Shown here one piece after another: positions 1-8,516 of a stretch of 63,956 nucleotides of DNA; position 1 is the first letter of the stretch; every line of letters starts with the position of its first letter. Where the stretch lies: positions 1 to 63,956 of IMG/VR virus record IMGVR_UViG_3300010397_000008. The stretch is one strand, 5' to 3'. This DNA is from a virus. Lineage: Duplodnaviria > Caudoviricetes. The translations under genes and the position numbers were made by a program. The notes below the pieces were generated by a model. It did not search any database and was not told the origin of the DNA. It saw only the letters and a list, made by a program, of their open reading frames with translations.

Positions 1-156
1 CCGCCTGGGCCGCCGCCTGGGCCGCCGCCGGGGCCGCCGGGGCCGCCGCCAGGGCCGCCGCCGGGGCCGCCTGGGACGCCGCCAGGGCCGCCGCCTGGGC
101 CGCCGCCTGGGCCGCCGCCGGGGCCGCCGGGGCCGCCGCCAGGGCCGCCGCCGGGG
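1..156 (+). repeat. Coding GCC-rich tandem repeat with a 66-bp unit duplicated at 1-66 and 91-156
   Basis: Direct sequence comparison. Confidence 0.85.
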
Positions 157-215
157 ACGCCGCCTTTCAGCGCATGGCCGACAAGCTCATGGAGATCGTG
201 ACCGATGGCCGATGA
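1..215 (+). CDS. Ala/Trp-repeat phage protein, 3' part (AWAAAWAAAGAAGAAARAAA...FQRMADKLMEIVTDGR*)
   Basis: Same frame as 63593-63956; stop TGA at 213-215 overlaps the next gene. Confidence 0.7.
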   Translation, partial: AWAAAWAAAGAAGAAARAAAGAAWDAARAAAWAAAWAAAGAAGAAARAAAGDAAFQRMADKLMEIVTDGR

Positions 216-813
216 CCTCGCAGCCGCCGTCCAAGCGCTGCAAGACATCCTGCGCGAGCCTGCGCGCGCCAAGGAGATCGCCGAGGACGCCATAGCCGCG
301 ATGGTGCGCCGAAAGATGGGGCTTGTCGTGTGTCCCGAGGTTCGCGTGCCCGTCCGTATTCCGGCGCTTGCCGCTGGAACCGCCGGCTGGGCCAAATGGG
401 TTATCGGGACCGACCCCAAGGCCCGAGGCGGGTTCATGTTCGAGGGTCCGTTTCTGCCGCTCGGTCAGGCGTCGCCGCTGCCGCCCGGCGCTGTGGTGAT
501 GATCGCTGATGGCGATGCCGCGCACTCCGGAAAAAAGCACAACATCTATCGGGCGACCGCCTACATCGTGCAGCCCAATGGCGAGTTGGGCGGAAACCCT
601 TTCACCGCGCAACGGGCGTGCTGGGACGAGATGGCCGAGCGGATTGCCGCGTATCAGGAACGCACACGCGGATTGCCGTTGCTGAACGAGCGGCGGTTTC
701 CCCCACGGTCGCCGGCGCCGCCGCCTGTCCCGTATGGCCCGCCGATCCCGGTGGACATCGTGGTCGCCCCTATTTTGGCGACAGACCATCTCGACGGGCC
801 TCCGTCGCCGTAA
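205..813 (+). CDS. Hypothetical phage protein
   Basis: 202-aa ORF coupled to the upstream gene; globular-looking sequence (GWAKWVIGTDP...FEGPFL). Confidence 0.65.
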   Translation: MADDLAAAVQALQDILREPARAKEIAEDAIAAMVRRKMGLVVCPEVRVPVRIPALAAGTAGWAKWVIGTDPKARGGFMFEGPFLPLGQASPLPPGAVVMIADGDAAHSGKKHNIYRATAYIVQPNGELGGNPFTAQRACWDEMAERIAAYQERTRGLPLLNERRFPPRSPAPPPVPYGPPIPVDIVVAPILATDHLDGPPSP

Positions 814-1348
814 CGCCCATAGCGGCGGCGGTCAGCGGCGTCACCGCCGCGCGAAACCGCGACTTGGCAAAGATATCGTCAACGACCATGCTGTACGCGA
901 CGGCCCAAGACATCTTGTGCGCCGTCGCATAATCGTCGATGTCGTCATAGCCGCGCTCGACAGCCCAGCGGTTTACAATGTCGCGTCCCTCGCGCTGCAA
1001 TTCCGAGTGTCGTTCCTCGCGCCGCGCGAGCACGGCTTCCCGCGCCGCTCGGATCGCTTGGGTATCCGGCCCCTCCAAAGCCAGCCGATCGTTTTCCTCG
1101 CGCTGAATGTCAATCGCGAGCAACCGGACATTTGCCGGCGTCGGCCGGCGATCATTGGCGATCCGCCATCGGGCGCACGCCTCATTCACGATATCGGGGC
1201 CGAACTCCCGAAGGTCGATGATCCAGTCCTCGATCTGCGCCTCCCTGGTCTCCACCGGGTCGGCCGCTGTCCAATAGTGGGAAAGAAGCCGCGACACCAT
1301 TGCGGCGATGGCCCTGTTGGTCGATTTCGTCGAGCCTGTCTGCTGCAC
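770..1348 (-). CDS. Replication-associated protein (helicase-loader position)
   Basis: Directly downstream of the initiator; DW..DL.EF...ACARWR....RPTPA.VR pattern typical of phage loader/inhibitor-like proteins; SD aaggag. Confidence 0.55.
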   Translation of the reverse strand: MQQTGSTKSTNRAIAAMVSRLLSHYWTAADPVETREAQIEDWIIDLREFGPDIVNEACARWRIANDRRPTPANVRLLAIDIQREENDRLALEGPDTQAIRAAREAVLARREERHSELQREGRDIVNRWAVERGYDDIDDYATAHKMSWAVAYSMVVDDIFAKSRFRAAVTPLTAAAMGVTATEARRDGLSPK

Positions 1349-2027
1349 GCATCGCTCCTTCGTAGAGGTTTGTGACCGGGGATTGCTTGCCGTTAGCGTG
1401 TCCGTTGCCATTTGACCGGGCAAAACCCGGCGCATTGTTTACCCATGTTCGCCATGCCGCTTCTAGGTCGGCAAATAAGTTACCCTTACTGGCGTGATAA
1501 TCCCGGCATCTCTGCCCCTCACGCGATATCCATTCGGCGCTATTCCCTCGGTTGGCGGCGTAAGCGAAACCTTGATCGGATGGCTCCCAGTCCGGGGGAA
1601 AAGGTTGTCTCGCGCGCGCGCGTTTAACCAGAGGCGTAGCCTCTGTAGGTTCTTTCTGAGAGATTAGGGGTGTCTTCTGGGTTGACAGGGGGGTGTCTTC
1701 TGGGTTGACAGGGGGTGTCAGATTAGTTGACACCACCTTCCCAGCGGGTGCCGGATGATCTTCCATTTGAAGACGATACTGACATGATGCGGTCGAGCCA
1801 TTGGGTCGCTGTCTTGTGACCACCACAACCATTCCACATGCCGCCAAATCAGCTAAAACCTGATTGACGTATTGTCTTGTGAGACCGCAACGATCAGCGA
1901 TCCGCCCCTGTGAGGGCCAGCAAACGCCATCCTGGTCAGCCGCATCGGCCAAAGCCAAAAGGACAAGTTTAGCGGCCGGGGATGGGCACCTAGTATCGAA
2001 GGCCCACGCCAGCGCCGCGATTGTCAT
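1182..2027 (-). CDS. Phage replication initiator (N-terminal winged HTH, HTH_36-like)
   Basis: AKLVLLALADAAD..GVCWPSQ.RIA..CGL motif; C-terminal FPPDWEP...RDYH...D.EAAWRTW motif; internal iterons. Confidence 0.8.
   Translation of the reverse strand: MTIAALAWAFDTRCPSPAAKLVLLALADAADQDGVCWPSQGRIADRCGLTRQYVNQVLADLAACGMVVVVTRQRPNGSTASCQYRLQMEDHPAPAGKVVSTNLTPPVNPEDTPLSTQKTPLISQKEPTEATPLVKRARARQPFPPDWEPSDQGFAYAANRGNSAEWISREGQRCRDYHASKGNLFADLEAAWRTWVNNAPGFARSNGNGHANGKQSPVTNLYEGAMRAADRLDEIDQQGHRRNGVAASFPLLDSGRPGGDQGGADRGLDHRPSGVRPRYRE
1667..1734. repeat. Iterons / putative replication origin inside the initiator gene
   Basis: GGGGTGTCTTCTGGGTTGACAGG twice plus GGGGTGTCAGATTAGTTGACACC, each with a TGTC...GACA dyad; lambda O-like arrangement. 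Confidence 0.65.
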
Positions 2028-2377
2028 GTTGGGAAATCCCGATCTTGCGGTTGAACGTCGTAACCCAGCCGCAACGCTACATCCCAACACCATCGCTGAA
2101 TGACATAATCAGCAATCTCCGGGCGCAAATGGAACCATTCCCCATGCGCGCGAAAATTATTTAGGCGCTTGTGAGTAATTCTCTCAGCCGCCAGCGCCAC
2201 AGGCAAACTTCCGCAATCCCAAATAGAATATATTTTTAGAGGATATGGGCTTGATGTTTTTAGGTTACGTAGCCGTAACCTAACATTTTTACTTATTCCT
2301 ATCTTACATAAATTAAACGGGTAGTCATCATCGTCCGACCGTAATTTGGCCGCAATTATATAAAGGGAAACGGACAT
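2024..2377 (-). CDS. GIY-YIG/T5orf172-family nuclease-like protein
   Basis: LYII...CKIGISKN...RL..L.TSSPYPL...E...H........GEWF motifs; AT-rich relative to the genome. Confidence 0.8.
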   Translation of the reverse strand: MSVSLYIIAAKLRSDDDDYPFNLCKIGISKNVRLRLRNLKTSSPYPLKIYSIWDCGSLPVALAAERITHKRLNNFRAHGEWFHLRPEIADYVIQRWCWDVALRLGYDVQPQDRDFPT

Positions 2378-2485
2378 ATCGTTGCCAGCCCTTCAGCCCG
2401 AGGAATATCATCGAGCGCGGGCCAACGACCATGAAAGAGGCCGGGGCTGAAGCGGCGCAACCGGGTCAAATCTGAAGCCGTCGCC

Positions 2486-2734
2486 TCAGACTGGCCCGCG
2501 CTCGATTCGTATAATATGCGCAGAGGTTGCCGTGGGGCAAGCCTCCCAAACCCGCTGCACGATGCACGCAGCGCGTTCCCATGTCTCGTTGCGATCAGGG
2601 AAGCCCCCAACCGAGGCGACGACCTCGGCGGGCGTGAACCCGGCTGAGCGCGCCCACAGGACGTGCTCGATGCCGACCGCGAGCGGGTTACTCGATCCCG
2701 AGAAATCCACGCGCTGCTGCTCCGTTGAGTGCAT
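2486..2734 (-). CDS. Hypothetical protein
   Basis: ORF in a tightly packed minus-strand operon; start uncertain. Confidence 0.45.
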   Translation of the reverse strand: MHSTEQQRVDFSGSSNPLAVGIEHVLWARSAGFTPAEVVASVGGFPDRNETWERAACIVQRVWEACPTATSAHIIRIERGPV

Positions 2735-2939
2735 CGGCGATTGCGAACGCCGCCGCTTTGCAGTCTATATGTCCGGCGACGCCCTGCCCCGTCGCCATCG
2801 AGCGCACGACGTAGGGCCTCTCGTAGCCGTTGGGACCGAGGTAGAGGCTCACGACGAACGGCGGCGGCGGGAGCGGGTCATCATGCGCCAGCGAGCGCCG
2901 GGGCTCGGTGGGCGGCAACCACACCCCTGCCTCGGCCAC
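2688..2939 (-). CDS. Hypothetical protein
   Basis: ORF in operon. Confidence 0.5.
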   Translation of the reverse strand: MAEAGVWLPPTEPRRSLAHDDPLPPPPFVVSLYLGPNGYERPYVVRSMATGQGVAGHIDCKAAAFAIADALNGAAARGFLGIE

Positions 2940-2940
2940 G

Positions 2941-3153
2941 TCAGTACGCCAGCCAGCGGTCGAACTCGGGCATCGCCGTCACGTCCTGACCCGATTCCGC
3001 CGCCTCGCGCAGCGCGCGCAGACGGGCAATGCCCTCGTCGTGGCGCTGGCGGTCCTCGGTGCTGCGGGCGGCGATGCAGCCTGACCAGAACGCAGCCGAA
3101 TTAAAGGTGGCGGCCAGGCGTGCCTTGGCCTCGTCGCAGATGCCGCGGCTCAT
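2941..3153 (-). CDS. Hypothetical protein
   Basis: ATGA-coupled ORF in operon. Confidence 0.5.
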   Translation of the reverse strand: MSRGICDEAKARLAATFNSAAFWSGCIAARSTEDRQRHDEGIARLRALREAAESGQDVTAMPEFDRWLAY

Positions 3154-3596
3154 TGGGCTGCCTCCGCGTCGGTGAGGAAGCCGATGCCGAGTTTCGATAC
3201 GGCGGGCGTCTCGGTCGCAGGCGGCGGCAACGAGAACACCCCGTCGCGCTCGACCACCTTGCCGTCGCCAACCAGCGATGTCAGCGACCGAGCGAGCGCC
3301 GAATCGGTCAGTTCGCCGATGCGCTGCTCGACAAGGCTGCGAATCATCGGTGCCGACATTGGCGTCCCGCGCTCGGTGAGGATCGCAAGCACGGTGCCCC
3401 GAATGTCCCGTTTCTCGCGGCGTTCGGGCTCGGCGGGCGTCGGCGCCGGGTCAGTGGGCTCGGCCTGCGCCTGCCGGACGCGCGCGAGGACGTGCCGGAG
3501 CACCCCCAAGCGATCATTCAGCCGGTGTACCTGGCGCTCGGCCTCGGCGATGTCTTCCTCGATCTCGGCGCGCAGGATTTGAAGTTGGTCGGTCAC
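3150..3596 (-). CDS. Coiled-coil plus winged-helix protein
   Basis: N-terminal heptads; C-terminal wHTH-like VLAILTERG.PMS...LARSLTSLV.DGKV. Confidence 0.55.
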   Translation of the reverse strand: MTDQLQILRAEIEEDIAEAERQVHRLNDRLGVLRHVLARVRQAQAEPTDPAPTPAEPERREKRDIRGTVLAILTERGTPMSAPMIRSLVEQRIGELTDSALARSLTSLVGDGKVVERDGVFSLPPPATETPAVSKLGIGFLTDAEAAQ

Positions 3597-3597
3597 G

Positions 3598-3810
3598 CTA
3601 CCCTCCCCCATGCACAAGCCACGCTTCTGAGGCGGGCTGATTGTCCAGATCAACGATTTGGGTCGGAGCGTGCGGGTAAGCGCCATCCGCCCAATCGCAC
3701 TTCTCGGCGATCTTCGCGAACGCTGTTTCCAGATCGGGCGCGAGCGCCACGATCATCCCGTTCGTGTAATCGGAAAGCACACCCTCGCCTTCCCAGATGT
3801 ACAGCTTCAC
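3598..3810 (-). CDS. Hypothetical protein
   Basis: GTGA-coupled ORF KLYIWEGEGVLSDY...HGGG. Confidence 0.55.
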   Translation of the reverse strand: MKLYIWEGEGVLSDYTNGMIVALAPDLETAFAKIAEKCDWADGAYPHAPTQIVDLDNQPASEAWLVHGGG

Positions 3811-4241
3811 GATGGCCCCCTGTAATAAGGCTCGACCCAAATCGTCATGCCGGGCGTCTCCGAGTACCGTTTCAGCACCCGCGCATCGACGACCTGCTTG
3901 TCGTCCCGAAAGACGACCTCGTTGAGCGCGTCGCACAGCTTCAAGGTGTTGTCCGCGTCCGGCTTGACGGTGGGCATGGCCTCGCCGCTCAGCGCGCGGG
4001 CGCGGGCCTTCTTTGACCACGACGCGGGCACCGGAAAGCGAATGTCCATGACCACCGAGATAGGCCCCTCCAAAGGGGGGCGTCCCGCCATCGCCTGCGT
4101 CGCGGCGTGCCGCAACTGCCCCTCGTATTTGACGGTGGCGGGGTCTGAATAGACCCGCGCGCCGACGCCGGGGATCGACACCGCCCGGCCCCGACCCTTA
4201 CCGCGTGGAACCCCCGCCAAGGTGATCGTGATGAGGGTCAC
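3807..4241 (-). CDS. rusA: RusA-family Holliday junction resolvase
   Basis: GKGRGR...KPDADNTLKLCDALNEVVFRDDKQVV motif. Confidence 0.9.
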   Translation of the reverse strand: MTLITITLAGVPRGKGRGRAVSIPGVGARVYSDPATVKYEGQLRHAATQAMAGRPPLEGPISVVMDIRFPVPASWSKKARARALSGEAMPTVKPDADNTLKLCDALNEVVFRDDKQVVDARVLKRYSETPGMTIWVEPYYRGPS

Positions 4242-4786
4242 GCCGCAGCGTGGGTACGCCGCGTCGCGCCACCGAGCGCTTCGACAGCCGCCTTTTGCCC
4301 TTGGCTCCACCCGAGCGAATACGACTGGTATTCCTCGGATGCGACATCGTATCCGCAATTCGACATCGGACTGCCGGCCGTTCCGGCGGCGACGCCTTCC
4401 TCGAACGCGACGTTGTTCTCGTGCTTCTGGATCACCTCGGCGTCCGCGCCGTTGCCGGCCTCGCCCGCTTCGGTCGCGTCCTCGGGGTCGTCGGAAACCG
4501 TCTCGTCGGGATCGACCGGGGCGCTCAGCCAGCGCATATACAGCCGATACCGTTCCTCGTCGGTCTGCCGCTCGTTGGCCGCCTTGAGCGCGTCGTTGTG
4601 GGCGCGTTTCAGCGTCTTTCGGTCGAGCCCGGCGCTCTCGGCGCGCTTGTAGACGGCGGCGACCGCGCTATCCGCCGACGCCTTCACGCGCAGCGCCGTG
4701 GTCAGCATGTCGTTGTATTCGAGCAAAGTTGCTTGATTGACATTTCCGTGCGTCGTCGGCTCTTTCCTCGGGCGTCCTCGGGGCAT
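4238..4786 (-). CDS. AT-hook + GapR(DUF2312)-like + RMF-like fusion protein
   Basis: PRGRPRK; AVYKRAESAGLDRKTLKR...ERQ..E....LY..WL (GapR-like); AFEEGVAAG.AG.....C.Y.......Y..GW..G (ribosome modulation factor-like). Confidence 0.6.
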   Translation of the reverse strand: MPRGRPRKEPTTHGNVNQATLLEYNDMLTTALRVKASADSAVAAVYKRAESAGLDRKTLKRAHNDALKAANERQTDEERYRLYMRWLSAPVDPDETVSDDPEDATEAGEAGNGADAEVIQKHENNVAFEEGVAAGTAGSPMSNCGYDVASEEYQSYSLGWSQGQKAAVEALGGATRRTHAAA

Positions 4787-4813
4787 CTTCTCAGGTTCCT
4801 TTCGGGGTTAAAT

Positions 4814-5355
4814 CATGCTTATCCGGTTGTTACCCACGGCTACTGTCTCTAGACGCGGTTCCGAGGAAGCCGCTCGGGAAAGCCGTAGCGTTTCGACGTG
4901 GCGTTAAACTTCGTCACGACCTCATCAGCGAGGTTTATCCCGAGGCGACAGGCGAGCAAATTGAGATAGAGGAACGTGTCGGCAAGTTCTTCGCCAATTA
5001 CCGCTACCGCTTCTTCGCGTGTTGCCAACAGCCGCCCAGGATCGCTGATATTGGCAATGTCGTCTTCAACACGGCGTAGCTTCTTGATCGCGTTGCATGC
5101 CTCGCCCGCCTCGCCCATCATCGCGACGGCCCAATCAGATGGGGTCCAATCGTTGATGCCGCCTTTGTGCCAGCGGTCGCACCGCGCCACATTGGCTTCG
5201 GTCACGGCGGCGAAAGTCAGCAAACCAGAGGGTAGGCACTTGTGGGCGTGTCCGGCCCATCGTTCCTCACCGCATTCGGGGCAAGGTTTCATCGCGTCCA
5301 TGTAATCGTCAGCCATCAACATCTAGCTCCGTTGGGCGTTAACCGGATAAGCATG
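4814..5355. mobile_element. Non-autonomous IS1595-family-like cassette (ISSod11-type ends) carrying a MazG-like gene
   Basis: Perfect 15-bp TIR CATGCTTATCCGGTT/AACCGGATAAGCATG; flanking 8-mers GGTTAAAT (4806-4813) and GGTTAAAC (5356-5363); no transposase. Confidence 0.75.
4849..5322 (-). CDS. mazG: MazG-like nucleotide pyrophosphohydrolase
   Basis: GEAGEACNAIKK...EELADT..YL..LA...GI.L...V..KFN motif. Confidence 0.85.
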   Translation of the reverse strand: MLMADDYMDAMKPCPECGEERWAGHAHKCLPSGLLTFAAVTEANVARCDRWHKGGINDWTPSDWAVAMMGEAGEACNAIKKLRRVEDDIANISDPGRLLATREEAVAVIGEELADTFLYLNLLACRLGINLADEVVTKFNATSKRYGFPERLPRNRV

Positions 5356-5357
5356 GG

Positions 5358-5720
5358 TTAAACCAGTGGGATTTTAGGCAGATCACGCTTGCGCACCGGC
5401 CATTGCGGCTTGCGCTCTTTCGGCGGCGGCGGTGTCCGCGCGACCGAGGGATCGAAATCGGGCGGGATCAGCGTATAGAGCACCCGCAGCGTATCGCTCT
5501 TTGGTGCCCACGTCGGATCATTGAAGAAGCGCAGCGACGACCGGGGCAGTTGCGCGTGGTGCGCGAGGGTGTAGATCGCCCAGCCCTTGAACGCGACGTA
5601 GGCGCGGATGGCGGCGATGGCGTCGTCCACCGATGGCGCTACCCGGCCGATGTATTTCGGCTCGCGCGGCTGCGGGCGTTTGCGGGGCCGCTTGGTCGGC
5701 GGGGCGGTGTCTGTCGTCAT
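5358..5720 (-). CDS. Cro-like HTH transcriptional regulator
   Basis: LAHHAQLPRSSLR..NDPTWAPKSDTL HTH; first gene after a divergent promoter. Confidence 0.6.
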   Translation of the reverse strand: MTTDTAPPTKRPRKRPQPREPKYIGRVAPSVDDAIAAIRAYVAFKGWAIYTLAHHAQLPRSSLRFFNDPTWAPKSDTLRVLYTLIPPDFDPSVARTPPPPKERKPQWPVRKRDLPKIPLV

Positions 5721-5740
5721 TTTTTCTGCGAAACTTCCTC

Positions 5741-5782
5741 TTGACAGGCGTGCATCCTACGGCACGTAATGGGCGCACGCAA
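5741..5782. promoter_or_regulatory. Overlapping divergent sigma70 promoters with operator CGTGC-N8-GCACG (5749-5766)
   Basis: Rightward TTGACA(5741)...CGTAAT; leftward TTGCGT-N17-TAGGAT. Confidence 0.7.
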
Positions 5783-5803
5783 TAGGGTTCCTACCGACAG
5801 GGA

Positions 5804-6004
5804 ATGACGATGCCTGACGACCTGACTATCTGCGGGGAAGATGCGGCCTACCGCTACACGTGGCCCGGTCGAGACGAGTCGTTCGTTTGCGAGGAACACT
5901 CAAGAAAGATGCGGGCGGTGGCGGCCGCTATGGGTTTGCATCTTCAACTGATCCCAATCGAACCCGCAGTGGGCGAAGCCTGCCGCCAACAGGTTCGCCG
6001 ATGA
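5804..6004 (+). CDS. Small Cys-containing hypothetical protein
   Basis: First gene after the promoter; CCTACCGAC box before the RBS. Confidence 0.55.
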   Translation: MTMPDDLTICGEDAAYRYTWPGRDESFVCEEHSRKMRAVAAAMGLHLQLIPIEPAVGEACRQQVRR

Positions 6005-6162
6005 ACCCCGGCGAAGACCCGCGCCGTGCCGCGCTGAACGAGGCGCTTGACGCGGCGTGGGAAGCCCTCGGCAACGTGCCGCTCGACGACCCACGGCGCG
6101 GGAAGATCGCGCAACGTGTGCGGGCGATTGAGGATGCGCTGGGCGCGATGGAGGGGGAGTGA
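6001..6162 (+). CDS. Hypothetical protein
   Basis: ATGA-coupled ORF. Confidence 0.5.
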   Translation: MNPGEDPRRAALNEALDAAWEALGNVPLDDPRRGKIAQRVRAIEDALGAMEGE

Positions 6163-6447
6163 ATGGCGACCATAAATAGCATCTCGACCGCGATAGACCT
6201 CGACGATGTTTCGATCGACACCGTTCCCGGTCTGATTGATTCCGCCGTCGATCGTCTAGTCGCCGATCTTCTGACCGTACCCGCGTTGGCCCGAGGAAAC
6301 GCACCCGGATTCCGTGTACGGATCATCTCGACGCACCTCGTCCCGGTGAATTGCCACTACAGCGTACCGGAGGGAGGGGGTTCTTTCCGGGATTATCATT
6401 ACAACGAGCGTGGCCTAGTACTCACTATCGTCTACGAGGTTATCTGA
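6163..6447 (+). CDS. Hypothetical protein
   Basis: ORF with SD ggggag. Confidence 0.5.
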   Translation: MATINSISTAIDLDDVSIDTVPGLIDSAVDRLVADLLTVPALARGNAPGFRVRIISTHLVPVNCHYSVPEGGGSFRDYHYNERGLVLTIVYEVI

Positions 6448-6473
6448 CGCTCACCCGTCGAGGATGGATCAAC

Positions 6474-6704
6474 ATGAAGCTCACCGAATCCGAGCGCGGC
6501 GAGGCGTTCGAGGCGATGCGCCGCCGGCAAGAGATGCTGCGGCTTGATGACCATGTCCCGTTGCCCGAGTGGGCGCTGTCCCAATCGACGCCGGGGGAAA
6601 CCCTGCTGGTCGGGCTGTTCGCCGCGCTGGTGGTCGCCGCGCTGACCATTATGGGCGCGCTGGTGTGCCTGTACGGCTGGCGGGTGCTGATCGGGGGCGG
6701 GTGA
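6474..6704 (+). CDS. Small membrane protein
   Basis: Hydrophobic C-terminal segment. Confidence 0.55.
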   Translation: MKLTESERGEAFEAMRRRQEMLRLDDHVPLPEWALSQSTPGETLLVGLFAALVVAALTIMGALVCLYGWRVLIGGG

Positions 6705-7063
6705 TGAATTGTCGCCATTTCCCGACGTATCCGCACTGTTCGTGCGATCCGGTGTCGTGCGTCATGCTGCGATCAACGGCGAATCCTGCCGGGCTTGAGG
6801 CACTACATTCGCCGCCAGCCGCGCAATCCGGCTGGCGGCCGATCGAGACCGCGCCGAAGGATGGAAAACACAAGCCGGTGCTGCTCCATGTCAATTGGGA
6901 GCCGCTGACCGTCGTAGGCTATTGGGGTGCAGCGTCGGACGTTGGCGAGTTCCAAAGCGATGAAGAGACGTGGCGGGTGCTTTGGGACCAAGCGCCAATC
7001 CGAGACGGCTATGACGAGCCGACGCATTGGATGCCGCTGCCAGAACCGCCGGCAGATGGCTGA
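6704..7063 (+). CDS. DUF551-like phage protein
   Basis: GWRPIETAPKDG...PTHWMPLPEPP. Confidence 0.8.
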   Translation: MNCRHFPTYPHCSCDPVSCVMLRSTANPAGLEALHSPPAAQSGWRPIETAPKDGKHKPVLLHVNWEPLTVVGYWGAASDVGEFQSDEETWRVLWDQAPIRDGYDEPTHWMPLPEPPADG

Positions 7064-7472
7064 CCATGACCCTCGCCCGCGCGTGCTCGACCACCCCGAA
7101 CCGGGGCTGTGGCTAATCCGCTGCTGCCCGCGCTGTCCGTGGGTGCCGGCGCGGATCGTCATGGTGCAGGTTTCGCACGAGCCAGGGCAGCCGGACAACG
7201 ACATGAGGGGCACCCGGTCGCCGTTTCTCGCCGCGTTCATCAGCGGCCAGCCGGTCGCGGTCAGCGACGTGTGGGGTCGGCGCGGGCGGATCATCACCCG
7301 TTCAGAATATGAACGAGCGGTCGCCGAGATCGCGGCGGCGGTGCGCGAGAACCGATATGACCCCCGTTGCGCCCCGTTCAAAGCCGTCGAGATAGAGAGT
7401 CTGCCGCTGCCGTTTCAGGAGGAAGCCGATGCCCGACGACCAAGCGCCGCCCGACGTAGGCATAGGGCATAA
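7056..7472 (+). CDS. Hypothetical phage protein
   Basis: PEPGLW.....RCPWVPARI motif; coupled to neighbours. Confidence 0.6.
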   Translation: MADHDPRPRVLDHPEPGLWLIRCCPRCPWVPARIVMVQVSHEPGQPDNDMRGTRSPFLAAFISGQPVAVSDVWGRRGRIITRSEYERAVAEIAAAVRENRYDPRCAPFKAVEIESLPLPFQEEADARRPSAARRRHRA

Positions 7473-8199
7473 TCAGCCTCCGCTTTCCGAGGTCTTGGCC
7501 GAAAACACCAAGCCACTGCGCGAGCGCGCGGAGGCGCTGATCGCGTCCGTCAACGCTGCCCGCATTGACAGCCCCGAAACCGCCGCTCAGGTCACCACGC
7601 TCGGCGGCATGCTGCGCGACCTGCGCGAGAAGGCCGAGGCGGCGCGCAAGGAGTCGGCCAGGCCGTTCGACGACGGCAAGGCGGCGGTACAGTTGGCCTA
7701 CGCGCGCGGTATCCTGGACCCACTCGACGCGGCGATGACCGCGTGCCGGAAGATGCTCGACGCATGGCGGGCGCAACTGGATGCTGCCGCCGCGGCCGAG
7801 CGCCGCAAACGGGACGAGGAAGCCGCCGAAGCCCGCCGTGTCGCCGAGGACGCCGAGCAGCGCCAACGTGACGCCGAAGCCGCGGGTGATCCCGGTGCGG
7901 CGATCAAGGCCGAGATGGAGGCGATGCAGGCCGCCGAGCGCGCTGAGAAGTTGGCGAGCGACGCCGGCACGATCCGGCCATCCGAGCCGATTCGTACCCA
8001 GACGGGGATGGCGTCGGCAGCGACAACCCGAGTTCCGACCGTGACGAATATTGGGCTATGCCTGCGATGGATGCTCGAAAATCAGTCTGCCGCGCTGATC
8101 GAGGCAATCAGCCCGCTCGTCGCTCGGCTGACGCGGGCGAAGGTCGAGATACCGGGCGTCGAGGTCAAGGAAGTGGCGGCAACGAGGTTCCGGCGATGA
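7429..8199 (+). CDS. Coiled-coil phage protein (recombination region)
   Basis: IGHNQPP start, E/A/R-rich coiled coil, C-terminal EIPGVEV. Confidence 0.7.
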   Translation: MPDDQAPPDVGIGHNQPPLSEVLAENTKPLRERAEALIASVNAARIDSPETAAQVTTLGGMLRDLREKAEAARKESARPFDDGKAAVQLAYARGILDPLDAAMTACRKMLDAWRAQLDAAAAAERRKRDEEAAEARRVAEDAEQRQRDAEAAGDPGAAIKAEMEAMQAAERAEKLASDAGTIRPSEPIRTQTGMASAATTRVPTVTNIGLCLRWMLENQSAALIEAISPLVARLTRAKVEIPGVEVKEVAATRFRR

Positions 8200-8402
8200 G
8201 TGCCCCGCGCCGTCTCCCGCTCAAGGCCGCGTTCATGCGTGCCGACGTTTGCGAGTACGGCTGCCCCGTCGTCATCATGTGCGATCAGGACGGCAACACG
8301 ATCGCCGAGGCCCATCTTATGCCCGAGCACGTCGAGGCGTTCGTTGCCCAGGTTCGCGATGCTGCCGAGGTCGGCGCGGCTAAGCGGAGGCCGGTGGCGT
8401 GA
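8196..8402 (+). CDS. Hypothetical protein
   Basis: ATGA-coupled ORF. Confidence 0.5.
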   Translation: MSAPRRLPLKAAFMRADVCEYGCPVVIMCDQDGNTIAEAHLMPEHVEAFVAQVRDAAEVGAAKRRPVA

Positions 8403-8516
8403 AGGTGATGCTGGTCGAGATCGGCTATCGCAAATACGTCGTGGAGCCGCGCGACGCGATCCTGCTGCTTGAAATCGCATCCCGCGTCATCGAGGTCGAA
8501 CAGAAGCATTACAAAG

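Noticed and set aside
1-170. CRISPR array or DGR variable/template repeat
   Set aside because: Low-complexity in-frame coding repeat with no unique spacers, and no cas or reverse transcriptase gene in the genome
1496-6397. CGGGATTATC / GATAATCCCG as IS ends
   Set aside because: They point away from each other, both encode RDYH inside genes, and there is no TSD
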